Under the pieces are notes generated by a model. The model saw only the letters and a program-made list of their open reading frames with translations. It searched no databases and was not told the DNA's origin. A DNA stretch of 64,000 nucleotides, taken from positions 2,447-66,446 of the forward strand of contig JBMNON010000004.1 in the NCBI GenBank assembly GCA_050943115.1, written 5' to 3'. The stretch comes from Patescibacteria group bacterium. Its GTDB lineage: Bacteria; Patescibacteriota; Microgenomatia; UBA12405. Positions within the stretch are counted from its first letter, which is position 1. Each line of letters opens with the position of its first letter. This document shows, piece after piece, positions 27,938 through 38,332 of the stretch. A program made the position numbers and the translations under genes.

Positions 27938-28975
27938 ATGATCACCCGAATTTTATATAACGAGGAAAAAGATCAATACAATAAGTTAATAAATCATCCG
28001 GTTCAAACATGGGAGTGGGGTGATTTTCAAATATCCCAAGGCCACAGGGTTTATCGCCTTGGTGTTTTCAATAAAAGCAAAATGGTCTCCGCTTATTCAG
28101 TTAGCTTTCACCAACTGCCCAGAACTGAATATTCCGTAGGGACTATCCTGCGGGGTCCGGCAATCAACCAGGACATGATTACCAACATTACCAAAATTGC
28201 TACTGACGAAAATGCTGTTTTTGTAAAATTCGAGCCAGACAAAATTATCGCTACTTTTGACAAGTACAACACTCCCAAGCACACCAAAATAAATATGGAT
28301 TTTCCCCATCTTATCGTATCTCCCAAAGTTGCCTTCTATCCCTATTCATACCTCCTTGACCTGTCAAAATCCGAAGATGAGTTGCTCTCTCTAATGCACC
28401 CCAAAACTCGTTACAACATTCGTGTTGCCAATCGTTACGGTGTTACCATTGAAGAGAAGAGCGATGACGAAGGGTTTGAAATTTATCTCAAACTCCTTTT
28501 TGAAACCACCAAGCGCCAGGGCTTTTATCTGCACACCCAAGAATATCATCGGGATCTTTGGAACACCCTCAAAACTACATCAATACCAAAAATCCTGCTT
28601 GCTTCATACCAGGGCCGGGTTTTGGCCGCTTTTATGCTTTTTGTCCAGAAAGATAAGCTTTTTTATCCTTACGGAGCTTCAAATGACGAGCAGCGGCAAG
28701 TGATGGCCCCCACACTATTGATGTGGGAAGCTATCAGATTAGGAAGGAAAAACGGATGCAAAACCTTTGATATGTGGGGGAGCCTGGGTCCCGAAGCCAA
28801 AGAGTCGCAACAGGGTTACGGTTTTCACCGTTTCAAGCAAGGTTTCGGAGGACAGCTGGTTCAATTTGTTGGAACTTATGACTTGGTGATTAACCCAAAT
28901 GCATATCGGCTTTATAATCTTGTTGATAAATACCGTTGGAAATTTCTAAGGCTAAAAGCCAAATTTGTCAGGTAA
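27938..28975 (+). CDS. FemAB-family peptidoglycan interpeptide-bridge aminoacyltransferase.
   Basis: 345 aa. C-terminal half (YQGRVLAAFMLFVQKDKLFYPYGASNDE...APTLLMWEAIRLGRKNGCKTFDMWGS) fits the FemABX/MurM GNAT-like core. Confidence 0.65.
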   Translation: MITRILYNEEKDQYNKLINHPVQTWEWGDFQISQGHRVYRLGVFNKSKMVSAYSVSFHQLPRTEYSVGTILRGPAINQDMITNITKIATDENAVFVKFEPDKIIATFDKYNTPKHTKINMDFPHLIVSPKVAFYPYSYLLDLSKSEDELLSLMHPKTRYNIRVANRYGVTIEEKSDDEGFEIYLKLLFETTKRQGFYLHTQEYHRDLWNTLKTTSIPKILLASYQGRVLAAFMLFVQKDKLFYPYGASNDEQRQVMAPTLLMWEAIRLGRKNGCKTFDMWGSLGPEAKESQQGYGFHRFKQGFGGQLVQFVGTYDLVINPNAYRLYNLVDKYRWKFLRLKAKFVR

Positions 28976-29016
28976 TCTATACGGATAAAAACAAAAATAT
29001 AACTTATAATATACCC

Positions 29017-29319
29017 ATGTCTAACGGTAAGAAAATCACTAAAACAGAGCTGGAACATATTGCCCGTCTTGCCCGAATTAAATTAAATGAAGAAGACATA
29101 AACCGTTTTCTCCCCCAGCTGGACACTGTCTTGGAATATCTTGATAAGCTAAAGGCCAAAGATACTTCCGCAGTTCCCGTTTCTTATCAAGTTACCCAGT
29201 TGGAAAATGTTCTCCGTATAGATAAGGCCGGTCCCTGCCTAAGCCAAAAACAGGCTCTATCTAACGCTCCCAAAACTGAGGATGGTTATTTTGTTGTCCC
29301 AGCTACAATTAAAAAATAA
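29017..29319 (+). CDS. gatC: Glu-tRNA(Gln)/Asp-tRNA(Asn) amidotransferase subunit C.
   Basis: ITKTELEHIARLARIKLNEEDINRFLPQLDTVLEYLDKL is the GatC consensus. Start chosen at ATG 29017 (about 100 aa) rather than the track start 28936, which overlaps femAB. Confidence 0.75.
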   Translation: MSNGKKITKTELEHIARLARIKLNEEDINRFLPQLDTVLEYLDKLKAKDTSAVPVSYQVTQLENVLRIDKAGPCLSQKQALSNAPKTEDGYFVVPATIKK

Positions 29320-30794
29320 TGGATCTTGCAAAACTTACCATAAACAAAATAAAAAAATGTTTGGTTGACGGAGATTTTTCTGCCCGACATATTCTTGGGG
29401 AATATTTGAATCAAGTAAAGTCTTGCGATTCCAAAGTCAAAGCCTTTATTACCGTTGCTGAAAAAGAAGCAGTAAACTCAGCCGAAAAAATTGACCAAAA
29501 AATTAAGAATAAGGAAAAGTTGGGAAGTCTGGCCGGTACTGTAATGGCTGTCAAGGATATATTTTTAACTGAAGGTATTGAAACCACCGCTTCATCCCGA
29601 CTTCTTAAGGGCTACATCCCTCAATATTCATCTACTGTATACCGAAGACTGGTAGAACAGGACGCCATAATTATTGGCAAAACAAACACTGATACTTTTG
29701 CTTTTGGTGCCAGTACTGAAAATTCCGGGTATTTCACTACCCACAACCCTTGGAATCTGGAAATGGTCCCCGGCGGATCTTCCGGAGGTTCGGCTGTTGC
29801 AGTCGCCACCGATATGGCAACTATCGCCTTGGGTACCGATACCGGAGGTTCAATCCGCCAACCAGCTTCACTATGCGGAGTATCTGGCCTCAAACCTACC
29901 TATGGCCGAAATTCCCGTTATGGTATCACTGCGATGGCCTCATCTTTTGATTGTCCGGGTGTTTTCGCCCGTCATGTAGAAGATATCGCTCTCTCAACCC
30001 AATTTATGGCCGGACAAGATCCTCACGATGCTACCAGTAGTTATACTCCTGTTCCTGATTACTTTAATTCTTTACAAGCTACGAATATTAAAGGCTTAAA
30101 GATCGGTATTCCCAAAGAATATTTTGAAGGCTCTATAAGCCTAAAAGTTAAAGAAAAAGTATTAGAGGCAGCCTCATTATTTGAGAAACAGGGCGCCCGG
30201 CTCGTCCCCGTCTCTCTTCCCAGCACGGATCTTGGCATTGCCGTTTATTACGTCTTAGTCCCTTGCGAGATATCGGCAAACATGGCCCGTTACGACGGTA
30301 TCCGATTTGGTCAAAGCAAGCGGGATACACAGGATTTATTCTCCTACTATATGGAAACACGGGGAGAATTTATGGAAGATGAACTAAAAAGAAGAATAAT
30401 TATCGGCACTTATGCTCTTTCGGCTGGTTATTACGACGCTTACTATACCAAGGCTTCCCAAGTTAGAACTCTAATTAAAAACGAGTTTTTAGATGTTCTA
30501 AAACAAGTCGATGTTATTCTGGCCCCTGTCTCACCGACTACCGCCTGGCCTATTGGCCAAAAAGCCAATGATCCTTTGGAAATGTACATGGCAGATGTTT
30601 ATACTGTTTGTGTTAATGTTGCCGGGCTGCCTTCTTTGGCTCTCCCTTGTGGATTTGATGATTCAAAATTACCCATAGGCTTTCAACTCGTGGGTGGTTT
30701 CTTTGAAGAGGAAAAAATCCTTTCACTCGGCTTTCAGTATCAGCAATTAACGGATTACCATTTATATACTCCGCCTATATGTCAAAACCCATAA
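29319..30794 (+). CDS. gatA: Amidotransferase subunit A (amidase signature family).
   Basis: GGSSGGSAVAVA and GTDTGGSIRQPAS amidase-signature motifs; 491 aa; overlaps gatC stop and gatB start. Confidence 0.9.
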   Translation: MDLAKLTINKIKKCLVDGDFSARHILGEYLNQVKSCDSKVKAFITVAEKEAVNSAEKIDQKIKNKEKLGSLAGTVMAVKDIFLTEGIETTASSRLLKGYIPQYSSTVYRRLVEQDAIIIGKTNTDTFAFGASTENSGYFTTHNPWNLEMVPGGSSGGSAVAVATDMATIALGTDTGGSIRQPASLCGVSGLKPTYGRNSRYGITAMASSFDCPGVFARHVEDIALSTQFMAGQDPHDATSSYTPVPDYFNSLQATNIKGLKIGIPKEYFEGSISLKVKEKVLEAASLFEKQGARLVPVSLPSTDLGIAVYYVLVPCEISANMARYDGIRFGQSKRDTQDLFSYYMETRGEFMEDELKRRIIIGTYALSAGYYDAYYTKASQVRTLIKNEFLDVLKQVDVILAPVSPTTAWPIGQKANDPLEMYMADVYTVCVNVAGLPSLALPCGFDDSKLPIGFQLVGGFFEEEKILSLGFQYQQLTDYHLYTPPICQNP

Positions 30795-32248
30795 AATCTG
30801 TCACCCCAATTATCGGCCTCGAAGTCCATGTTGAGCTCAAAACAACAACGAAGATGTTTTGTTCTTGCCCGGCTAATCATTTCCATGTTAAACCGAATAC
30901 TCACACCTGTCCCGTTTGTTTGGGTTTGCCCGGAGCTCTTCCTGTACCCAATAAAACAGCCATCGATTGGTGTATAAAAATCGGATTAAGCCTAAATTGT
31001 TCTATCAATCAGCATTCCTTTTTCGAAAGAAAAAACTATTTTTACCCTGATTTGCCTAAAGGTTATCAGATAAGCCAGTATCAACAGCCTTTCACTGTTA
31101 ATGGTAGCTTGAAAGTTGGCGACCACGATGTTCGCATTAATCGGGTTCACATGGAGGAGGACACTGCCAAATCTATCCACTCCACGCTTGATGGACAGGA
31201 AGTAACTCTTATTGACTTTAATCGTTCCGGGGTACCTTTGGTCGAAATCGTCTCCGAACCCGATATTGTTTCACCTCAAATGGCTAAGGTCTATCTCCTC
31301 TTAATTCAACAGTTAATGCGCTATTTGGGAGTATCGGACGCCGATATTGAAAAGGGAAGTATGCGCTGTGAACCCACCGTCAATTTAAAGGTCGAAACAG
31401 ATGAAACTACGATTTATACACCCATAGTTGAAGTCAAAAATGTTGCCTCTCTTACCGGTGTTCAAAATGCTATTGAATTTGAGCTGGATAGGCAGCTTCT
31501 TGACTGGCAAAAGACCGGTGAGTCCAAAACCGTTAACAATAAAACAACCCGAGGCTGGGATGCTGCCAGAAGTCAAACATTTCTTCAAAGAGAGAAGGAA
31601 GGTTCTTCGGATTATCGTTATTTCCCGGAGCCAGATATCCCGCCCGTCAATTATTCAGATGATGAGGTCTTTCATATAAAATCTACCATACCCGAATTGC
31701 CCCAGGCCAAAATTAGCCGTTACATAGCCGACTTTGCCCTGACTGATTATGATGCTTCACTTTTAGCCTCAGATATGAATTTTGCTCTGGCTTACGAAAA
31801 GGCCTTGGGTGAAAATCCGTCAAAAGATTTTGCTAAATTCACAGCAAACATATTTACTGGACCCATCAAAACATATCTTAATGAATCTAACTCGTCTGTC
31901 GATCTGGAAAAGGTAAGCAGGGAGATATTTAGTACATTGTTTGATGCTGTCAGTCAGGGAGAAATATCCTTAACTGTTGCCCGGCAGATTATTGTTGAAT
32001 CCTATCTATCCGGGCAGGATCCGCTGCAAATTGCCAGGGACAAAGGATTAATTCAAGTTTCCGACACGGCAGAAATTGAATCAATAGCCAAACAGATTAT
32101 TGATGCCAATCCAAAAGCCGTTGCTGATTACCAAAAAAATCCCAATTCCATAGGTTTCTTTATAGGCCAAGTGATGAAAACCTCCGGTGGAAAAGCCAAT
32201 CCTCAGGTGACCAAACAAATCATAGAAAAGCTATTATCCCAAGTTTAA
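30779..32248 (+). CDS. gatB: Amidotransferase subunit B.
   Basis: IGLEVHVEL, CPVCLGLPGALPV; C-terminal GatB/YqeY domain; 489 aa. Confidence 0.9.
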   Translation: MSKPIKSVTPIIGLEVHVELKTTTKMFCSCPANHFHVKPNTHTCPVCLGLPGALPVPNKTAIDWCIKIGLSLNCSINQHSFFERKNYFYPDLPKGYQISQYQQPFTVNGSLKVGDHDVRINRVHMEEDTAKSIHSTLDGQEVTLIDFNRSGVPLVEIVSEPDIVSPQMAKVYLLLIQQLMRYLGVSDADIEKGSMRCEPTVNLKVETDETTIYTPIVEVKNVASLTGVQNAIEFELDRQLLDWQKTGESKTVNNKTTRGWDAARSQTFLQREKEGSSDYRYFPEPDIPPVNYSDDEVFHIKSTIPELPQAKISRYIADFALTDYDASLLASDMNFALAYEKALGENPSKDFAKFTANIFTGPIKTYLNESNSSVDLEKVSREIFSTLFDAVSQGEISLTVARQIIVESYLSGQDPLQIARDKGLIQVSDTAEIESIAKQIIDANPKAVADYQKNPNSIGFFIGQVMKTSGGKANPQVTKQIIEKLLSQV

Positions 32249-32583
32249 TAGCGGCTGACTCTTACCAGAAGTTCGCTATCACCATCGTTAAAACTTAATA
32301 CCATTGGGCTGCTTCCCCGAACATAGTCTGGCATTTTTATCAGCCGTCTTTCCGGTAGTTTAGTATTGTCGATACCGTATATAACTGCCATCTCCGATTC
32401 TTCTTTCGTTGAAAAAGCAAAAAGGCTTACTCTGTTTCCGTGATAAATATCTATATATTCAGAATCTGTACTATGAAATGACAATGGCTTGTCATCAACC
32501 CGAAACAACCCTTTAGGATCAACTTTCAGTCCGTAATCGCATGGCAGATCACACTTTCCAATTTCTATTAATGCTCCCGTCAC
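32245..32583 (-). CDS. Hypothetical cytoplasmic protein (112 aa), convergent with gatB and divergent from the membrane wHTH regulator.
   Basis: Clean ORF with a 4-nt convergent overlap with gatB; no recognisable motif. Confidence 0.35.
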   Translation of the reverse strand: MTGALIEIGKCDLPCDYGLKVDPKGLFRVDDKPLSFHSTDSEYIDIYHGNRVSLFAFSTKEESEMAVIYGIDNTKLPERRLIKMPDYVRGSSPMVLSFNDGDSELLVRVSRY

Positions 32584-32715
32584 AAATTTACCCCCTTAAA
32601 ATATATTTTATAATATTCTATAAATAATGGAAGTATCCAAAAAAACTAAAATAACTTGTAATAATAGATATTGTATTATTGTTCTTTCTCAGTTTAATTT
32701 CCTATAATTATTACA

Positions 32716-33942
32716 ATGCCAATCCCTTACCATCAAAAAGCACCCCCTTTCTCCTGGGGAATAATTATCACCTTAGCTGCCTTCTCCTTACTTATTTTGG
32801 TAATAATTATGTATTATTCTTGGCAATCTCAAAGAGAACAGCTGCAAAATCACCTTAGTACTCTTTCCGATATTGTTAAAAGTGATATATCCTATCATGA
32901 TGGTCAATGGGATATAACAAAATATCTCAATGACACTCAAATCCCCAATGACATACCCCTTTATGTTATTACCAGTGAAGGCTATGTTGTTGATCGGCGC
33001 AATATATTAATAAATTTCCTGGACACTTCCGATCTCAGATTCAGCTCGTCTTTCCAAACCCCTCAAACAATCACAACTCCTGTTGGGGAAACTTGGTATA
33101 TGTACAGTAAACCTTTAATCAGAAATAGGATTAGCTACGGTACCATTCTTCTTGCCTATCACCAACCTGAATTCTCTTCCATAAACGAGATAGAACTCCA
33201 GTTAAAGGATCTGGGTCGTATGATCGATTCCCGGATAAACGTTAGCGGTGACAATTTACTTGATTTGTCAGGTTTCGACCCCAAAACAATAAGCGGCAAG
33301 ATTTCTTATCAGATTGTTGATACCAGGAATAAGGTTGCAGCCACCTCCGGGCCTATTCCTTCTTATATAGACAGAAGCTATTTGTCCTCATTTGACAGCG
33401 ATCAATTTATCAATATAAAAAATAGTTCTAGCATATATACTGCCCATATTGCCCCGATTGTTGATAATAACCGCCAAATAGGAGTTGTTGTTACTGCCCA
33501 GGATACCATCGGAATAGGTACTGATGTCGGCAATAAAGTCTTGCTTGCTTATGGCCTGACTTTGATGTCTGTCACCCTGTTACTTTCATTGATGCCCCGA
33601 CTTTTACCCGGACATCTTGGTACCCTAGCCCTGTTAAGTTTTGATAAAAAGTCCAGTCGGCTTTTTTACCAGGACAAGGAGCTTCCCATTCCTCTTGATT
33701 CGAATCAGTATTATGTTTTGGTTGCACTATTTTCAAAACCAGGTAAACGTTGGGAAACAGATGAGCTAACCGACATCATTTTCGGTCAAACCTCTTTATC
33801 AGAAATGAAATCTTATTGGCGGAAAATATATGATGCCGTCAGGTCCATAAACCAAAAAACCCAAAACACATTCGGGCAAAAAATTATTGAAACTGAAGCC
33901 AAAACTTTTCGTCTCAGATCTCATTTGGTTTACTCAAATTGA
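32716..33942 (+). CDS. Membrane-bound one-component regulator: TM, ~250-aa extracytoplasmic sensor domain, second TM, cytoplasmic OmpR/PhoB-type winged-helix DNA-binding domain.
   Basis: TM1 at residues ~14-35 and TM2 at ~283-305. The C-terminal 100 aa (LSFDKKSSRLFYQDKELPIPLDSNQYYVLVALFSKPGKRWETDELTDIIFG...KTFRLRS) fit the trans_reg_C wHTH pattern. No receiver or kinase domain. Confidence 0.5.
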   Translation: MPIPYHQKAPPFSWGIIITLAAFSLLILVIIMYYSWQSQREQLQNHLSTLSDIVKSDISYHDGQWDITKYLNDTQIPNDIPLYVITSEGYVVDRRNILINFLDTSDLRFSSSFQTPQTITTPVGETWYMYSKPLIRNRISYGTILLAYHQPEFSSINEIELQLKDLGRMIDSRINVSGDNLLDLSGFDPKTISGKISYQIVDTRNKVAATSGPIPSYIDRSYLSSFDSDQFINIKNSSSIYTAHIAPIVDNNRQIGVVVTAQDTIGIGTDVGNKVLLAYGLTLMSVTLLLSLMPRLLPGHLGTLALLSFDKKSSRLFYQDKELPIPLDSNQYYVLVALFSKPGKRWETDELTDIIFGQTSLSEMKSYWRKIYDAVRSINQKTQNTFGQKIIETEAKTFRLRSHLVYSN

Positions 33943-33990
33943 CTCAACCAATAATACTGTATTCTTTGCCTGTTAACATTTATAACAAAA

Positions 33991-35040
33991 ATGAAAGTAA
34001 CACAAAAAGCCAAAAAATATTCTCCCTTAGGGGTTTTTGTCCTTTTATTATTTATCGCCTTCTCCTCTGTAGCAATCATCAAAGTTTTTTCGGAAGAAGA
34101 CACCTGGATTTGTGAAAATGGAGAATGGGTCCGGCATGGCAATCCTTTTTTACCCAAACCCAAGAGCTACTGCCCTTCTTCAATCTCTAACGCTCAAAAC
34201 CGGGAAGCTGATCCCAAGGAGACAGTTGAGAGCTTCTATAACTGGTATCTCCAGTACGAAGGCAATCCAATAAGCAGCGGTGCTTACAAAACCAGTGACT
34301 ATTTGTCCGATAACTTTAAAAAAGAAATCGATAGTCTCTTGTCAGGCTTTGAAGGAGGTGGTTACGATCCCATACTATTGGCTCAGGATTTTCCCAGCAG
34401 CTTTGAAGTCAGCGTAGTATCAGTCAACAACGATCAAGCCAGTGTTGCTGTTGAAATGGAGTTTTACGGTATGACGCAAAGCGTGGAAATTAATCTGGTC
34501 AAAAGCGGAAAACTATGGCAGATAGACAAAATCTTCAGATCATCAGAGGCCAGCTCGTCTACCGGTCAATCCGACCAGTCGGTTACGATTTATTTTAACA
34601 ACCCTCGTCGTTCGACGGCTTCGGGTAGCAATGATTGTGGTGTTGTCTACGGCGTTGAAAGAATAATAAGCGAACAGGGTGATATCTACCAAGCAGCTTT
34701 AGAGCAGCTGTTTCAGGGGCCGTCGAATGCCGAAAAAGCCCAAGGTTACACTTCCTTTTTTACCTCAGAAACTAGGAGCATTCTAAAAAGTGTCAAAGTA
34801 AACGGATCTACCGCTTATGTCGACCTCGCTGACATTAGAAGTCTTATCCCGAACGCCAGTAGTAGCTGTGGGTCGGCAGAATTGCTTTCTCAAATAGAGG
34901 AAACCCTAAAGCACGACCGGAAAATTACGAAAGTCATTATTGCTATTGACGGTAATCCTCAGACCTTCTATGATTGGGTTCAGATAGGTTGCAATCAGGA
35001 GAATGGGAACTGTGATGCCACTCCTTTTAGCGACGAATAA
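33991..35040 (+). CDS. Membrane-anchored extracytoplasmic protein with C-terminal GerMN-like domain.
   Basis: N-terminal TM anchor. C-terminal ~140 aa (YQAALEQLFQGPSNAEKAQGYTSFFTSETRSILKSVKVNGSTAYVDLADIRS...) matches the GerMN/LpqB-type domain pattern. Confidence 0.45.
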   Translation: MKVTQKAKKYSPLGVFVLLLFIAFSSVAIIKVFSEEDTWICENGEWVRHGNPFLPKPKSYCPSSISNAQNREADPKETVESFYNWYLQYEGNPISSGAYKTSDYLSDNFKKEIDSLLSGFEGGGYDPILLAQDFPSSFEVSVVSVNNDQASVAVEMEFYGMTQSVEINLVKSGKLWQIDKIFRSSEASSSTGQSDQSVTIYFNNPRRSTASGSNDCGVVYGVERIISEQGDIYQAALEQLFQGPSNAEKAQGYTSFFTSETRSILKSVKVNGSTAYVDLADIRSLIPNASSSCGSAELLSQIEETLKHDRKITKVIIAIDGNPQTFYDWVQIGCNQENGNCDATPFSDE

Positions 35041-35051
35041 AAAAACAGCTT

Positions 35052-35075
35052 ACAACCAAGGCTGGTTGTTTATAA
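35052..35075 (+). terminator. Rho-independent terminator-like hairpin downstream of the GerMN gene.
   Basis: ACAACCA-AGGC-TGGTTGT stem-loop followed by TTATAA, 12 nt after the stop codon. Confidence 0.4.
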
Positions 35076-35122
35076 CCCTAAATATTAAAGAAATTAGCTT
35101 CAATTATTGATAAAATAATGAA

Positions 35123-38100
35123 GTGCCAACTATCATAGATCAGGTAAATTTTGAAACTGAGTACAAGAAGTTAAATCAACAGCAGAGGCAGGCGGTAGAC
35201 GCTATCGAAGGGCCGATAATGATTGTAGCCGGAGCTGGCACCGGCAAGACTCAAACAATCGCTCTTAGGATTGCCAACATTCTCCAAAAAACCCAGACAC
35301 CTCCTCACGGAATCCTCTGTCTCACTTTTACCGAGAATGCCGCCATCAATATGAGGGAGAGGCTGCAGACTATTATCGGTCCTCTTGCCTACAACGTCAA
35401 AATCCACACCTTCCATTCCTTTTGTAATGAAGTCATAAAAACCAATCCTGAACACTTTATCTTTGCCCAAAATATCGAATCTCTCGAAGAACTTGAAAAA
35501 ATTGAAATCATCCGGGAACTTATAGATAACTTACCGGAGGGTTCACAGCTTAAACCGTGGGGGGACCCCTATTACTACCAACGGGACATCATCAGCAGCA
35601 TTCAGTCACTCAAAAGAGAAAACATATCGCCCAAAAAATTTTTTGACCTTATCAAAGAACAGGAAAAATTCCTTAAGAACACCAAAGACCAATATTCAGC
35701 CCTTAAAGCTCTTAGAATCGGTAAGACTATCGAATCGGAACTTATGACTATTGTTGAAAACCTAAAAAAAGAATCTGAGAAATTTAAAGCAATTTACAGC
35801 CTAATAAACCTCAACCATCAGCTTTATCTTCAGGGACACTTCGACATCGGTCTGGCCAAAAACCCAGCAGTAAATTTCAAAAATGCTCTCATAAAAATAT
35901 TTGATAATTTTGAGAAAGACACCCCCCGTCAGCTTGAACTTCACCAGATATTTATCGCCTACCAGCAGGAACTCCAGCGACTGGGGCGCTATGACTTCGA
36001 CGATATGATTCTTTTTGTTCTCGATGCCTTCAGGGAAGATCAGGAACTGCTCCTGGCCTACCAGGAGCGTTTCCAATATGTTTTGGTTGATGAATACCAG
36101 GACACCAACTCAGCCCAGAATCAAATCCTAGACCTGCTTGGTTCCTACTTTGATGACCCCAATATATTTGTTGTTGGCGACGACGACCAGTCAATTTTCC
36201 GTTTCCAGGGGGCTTCAATCGAAAACATCTATGAGTTTTACCAAAAATATAAAAAAAGCATTAAAGTAATTGTCCTAAAAAACAATTACCGTAGTCATCA
36301 GCTTATCCTGGACACTTCCGCCTCAGTTATTAACTACAACAAAAATCGGATCGTAAACTACATTGAGAATATTGACAAATCCCTGGTTTCTATCAGTACC
36401 TATGACCCCAACCCCGTCAACTTCTATGAAGGCACCTCGGTTCTCGACGAGAATTATTTTATTGCCCAAAAAATTGAGGAGTTAACTGAAAATGGCACCA
36501 GCCCCAGGGAAATTGCTGTTTTGTTCCGTAACAACAGCGATGCCGATGATTTGGTCGAAACTTTAGAAAACAAAGGTATCAAATTTCATCTTGAATCTGG
36601 CACAAATGCCCTGGATCATCCCAGAATAAAGCAACTGATTAGATTGCTTACTTATATTAATGACCCCACAGATAGTGAAAGCCTTTTCCATCTACTTTCC
36701 TATGATTTTATAAAAATAAACTCATTCGATCTTTACCGGATACTTCAATATTCCCATCGCCATCAATTGCCACTAAGCGAATTGATATCCAGTCCTCATC
36801 TTTTAAGCCAGATTAATGGTATAAAGAAAAACACCTTAATCCGTTTAAAAAACTTTTCGATTCGTACTGCCAAAGCCATCCACTGGCTAAAATATTACAA
36901 CCTTGACCGTTTTTTCAATAGGACGATAAGGAAGTTTGGTTATTTAAGTCATATCGTCGCTTTAAATGACTTGGAGTTAATAAACTACCTTAACGCTTTT
37001 TATAACGAAATAAAGCGCTTCTCGGTAAAAAAGGAAACTACGCTTTCGGATTTTCTGGAACGCATTGAGCTCTTTATCGACAACAAAATCCCTCTTACTG
37101 CCCAGGAATTGTTATCCGACTCGGAAAACTCTGTTCGCCTGATGACTGTACACAAAGCTAAAGGCTTGGAATTTGAACATGTTTTTTTAACTAAATGCAC
37201 CGATCGGAAATGGGGAAACAACTATCATGCCAGCCCGCTCCGACTGCCTTCAGGCATTCTTAAAACCGAAATATCCCGTTTGGCTCACGATGAAAACGAA
37301 GATGAGCGCCGTCTTTTTTATGTTGCCCTCACCCGCGCCAAAAAACAAATCTACATCTCCTACTCCCGAAAAACCGAAACCGGCAGGGATCAGTTGCCTT
37401 CAATTTTTATTGCCGAAATAAAACCTGATCTTATTGAAAAAATATCCCCTCAATCCCAAAGTCAACAGGAGGCCATCTTTAATGCTTTCCCCCTGGATTC
37501 CAAGAAACCCATAAAAAATATTGAACTTTCATCCCACCTGAAAGATCAGTTGAAGAAAAATTACAAGCTTAACGTGACTCACCTGAACTCCTATCTGGAA
37601 TGTCCTCTCTGCTTTTATTACAAAACAATTTTAAGGATCCCATCAATCAAGGATAAATATGCCGCTCTGGGAACTGCTGTTCATTATAGCCTCAGCCATC
37701 TGTTTAACGTCCTTGGTCAACAGGGAAAGCTGATTAGCAAAAAAGATCTGTTAACCTTTTACGAGCAAGCGCTGAAGCGCGAGGATTTAAGTCAGAAGAA
37801 CTTTAAAGAAGCCCTGCATCGGGGAACGGAATCCCTCTCGGAATACTATGACCACTACCAATCGTCCTTTAGCGGTAACTGTGTTATGGATTATGATTGC
37901 ACCCCGCGTCACTTGTTTGTTGACGATACTCCCATTACCGGGAAAATAGACAAAATTGAAATTCAAAAGACCACTCGCGATGGGAAACCCGCTGCTAATT
38001 TAGTTGATTTTAAGACCGGTAATCCCGATACCAAGAGTAAAGATATGCAGCCCGGAGGTTCCTACTACAACCAGATTGTTTTTTACAAAATCCTTACCGA

Positions 38101-38329
38101 TTCTGATCCTGAGTTCCCTTATCACGTCAGCACCGCCACCATCGATTTCATTCAAAAGAGTAAATACAAAAAAACCTTCATCCGCAGGGATTTTGAGTTT
38201 AGGAAAGACGATATCGATATTGTCAAAAAATTGATAAAGGAAATATACGAAAAAATAATTAATCTCGACTTCAATCATATCGGTGAAGAATGCAAAGATG
38301 AACAAGACCTCCACGGCTTGCTAGAATAG
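35123..38329 (+). CDS. UvrD-like SF1 helicase fused to C-terminal RecB-family (PD-(D/E)XK, probable Fe-S) nuclease; AddA-like helicase-nuclease, GTG start.
   Basis: Helicase motifs AGAGTGKTQT, DEYQDTN, GDDDQSIFRFQGA, NYRSHQ, LMTVHKAKGLEFEHVFL, VALTRAK. Nuclease motifs GTAVHYSL, GKIDKIEI, LVDFKTG, YYNQIVFYKIL (QxxxY). Four flanking Cys (ECPLC...C...EECK) suggest an AddB/Cas4-like Fe-S ligation. Confidence 0.75.
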   Translation: MPTIIDQVNFETEYKKLNQQQRQAVDAIEGPIMIVAGAGTGKTQTIALRIANILQKTQTPPHGILCLTFTENAAINMRERLQTIIGPLAYNVKIHTFHSFCNEVIKTNPEHFIFAQNIESLEELEKIEIIRELIDNLPEGSQLKPWGDPYYYQRDIISSIQSLKRENISPKKFFDLIKEQEKFLKNTKDQYSALKALRIGKTIESELMTIVENLKKESEKFKAIYSLINLNHQLYLQGHFDIGLAKNPAVNFKNALIKIFDNFEKDTPRQLELHQIFIAYQQELQRLGRYDFDDMILFVLDAFREDQELLLAYQERFQYVLVDEYQDTNSAQNQILDLLGSYFDDPNIFVVGDDDQSIFRFQGASIENIYEFYQKYKKSIKVIVLKNNYRSHQLILDTSASVINYNKNRIVNYIENIDKSLVSISTYDPNPVNFYEGTSVLDENYFIAQKIEELTENGTSPREIAVLFRNNSDADDLVETLENKGIKFHLESGTNALDHPRIKQLIRLLTYINDPTDSESLFHLLSYDFIKINSFDLYRILQYSHRHQLPLSELISSPHLLSQINGIKKNTLIRLKNFSIRTAKAIHWLKYYNLDRFFNRTIRKFGYLSHIVALNDLELINYLNAFYNEIKRFSVKKETTLSDFLERIELFIDNKIPLTAQELLSDSENSVRLMTVHKAKGLEFEHVFLTKCTDRKWGNNYHASPLRLPSGILKTEISRLAHDENEDERRLFYVALTRAKKQIYISYSRKTETGRDQLPSIFIAEIKPDLIEKISPQSQSQQEAIFNAFPLDSKKPIKNIELSSHLKDQLKKNYKLNVTHLNSYLECPLCFYYKTILRIPSIKDKYAALGTAVHYSLSHLFNVLGQQGKLISKKDLLTFYEQALKREDLSQKNFKEALHRGTESLSEYYDHYQSSFSGNCVMDYDCTPRHLFVDDTPITGKIDKIEIQKTTRDGKPAANLVDFKTGNPDTKSKDMQPGGSYYNQIVFYKILTDSDPEFPYHVSTATIDFIQKSKYKKTFIRRDFEFRKDDIDIVKKLIKEIYEKIINLDFNHIGEECKDEQDLHGLLE

Positions 38330-38332
38330 GGG

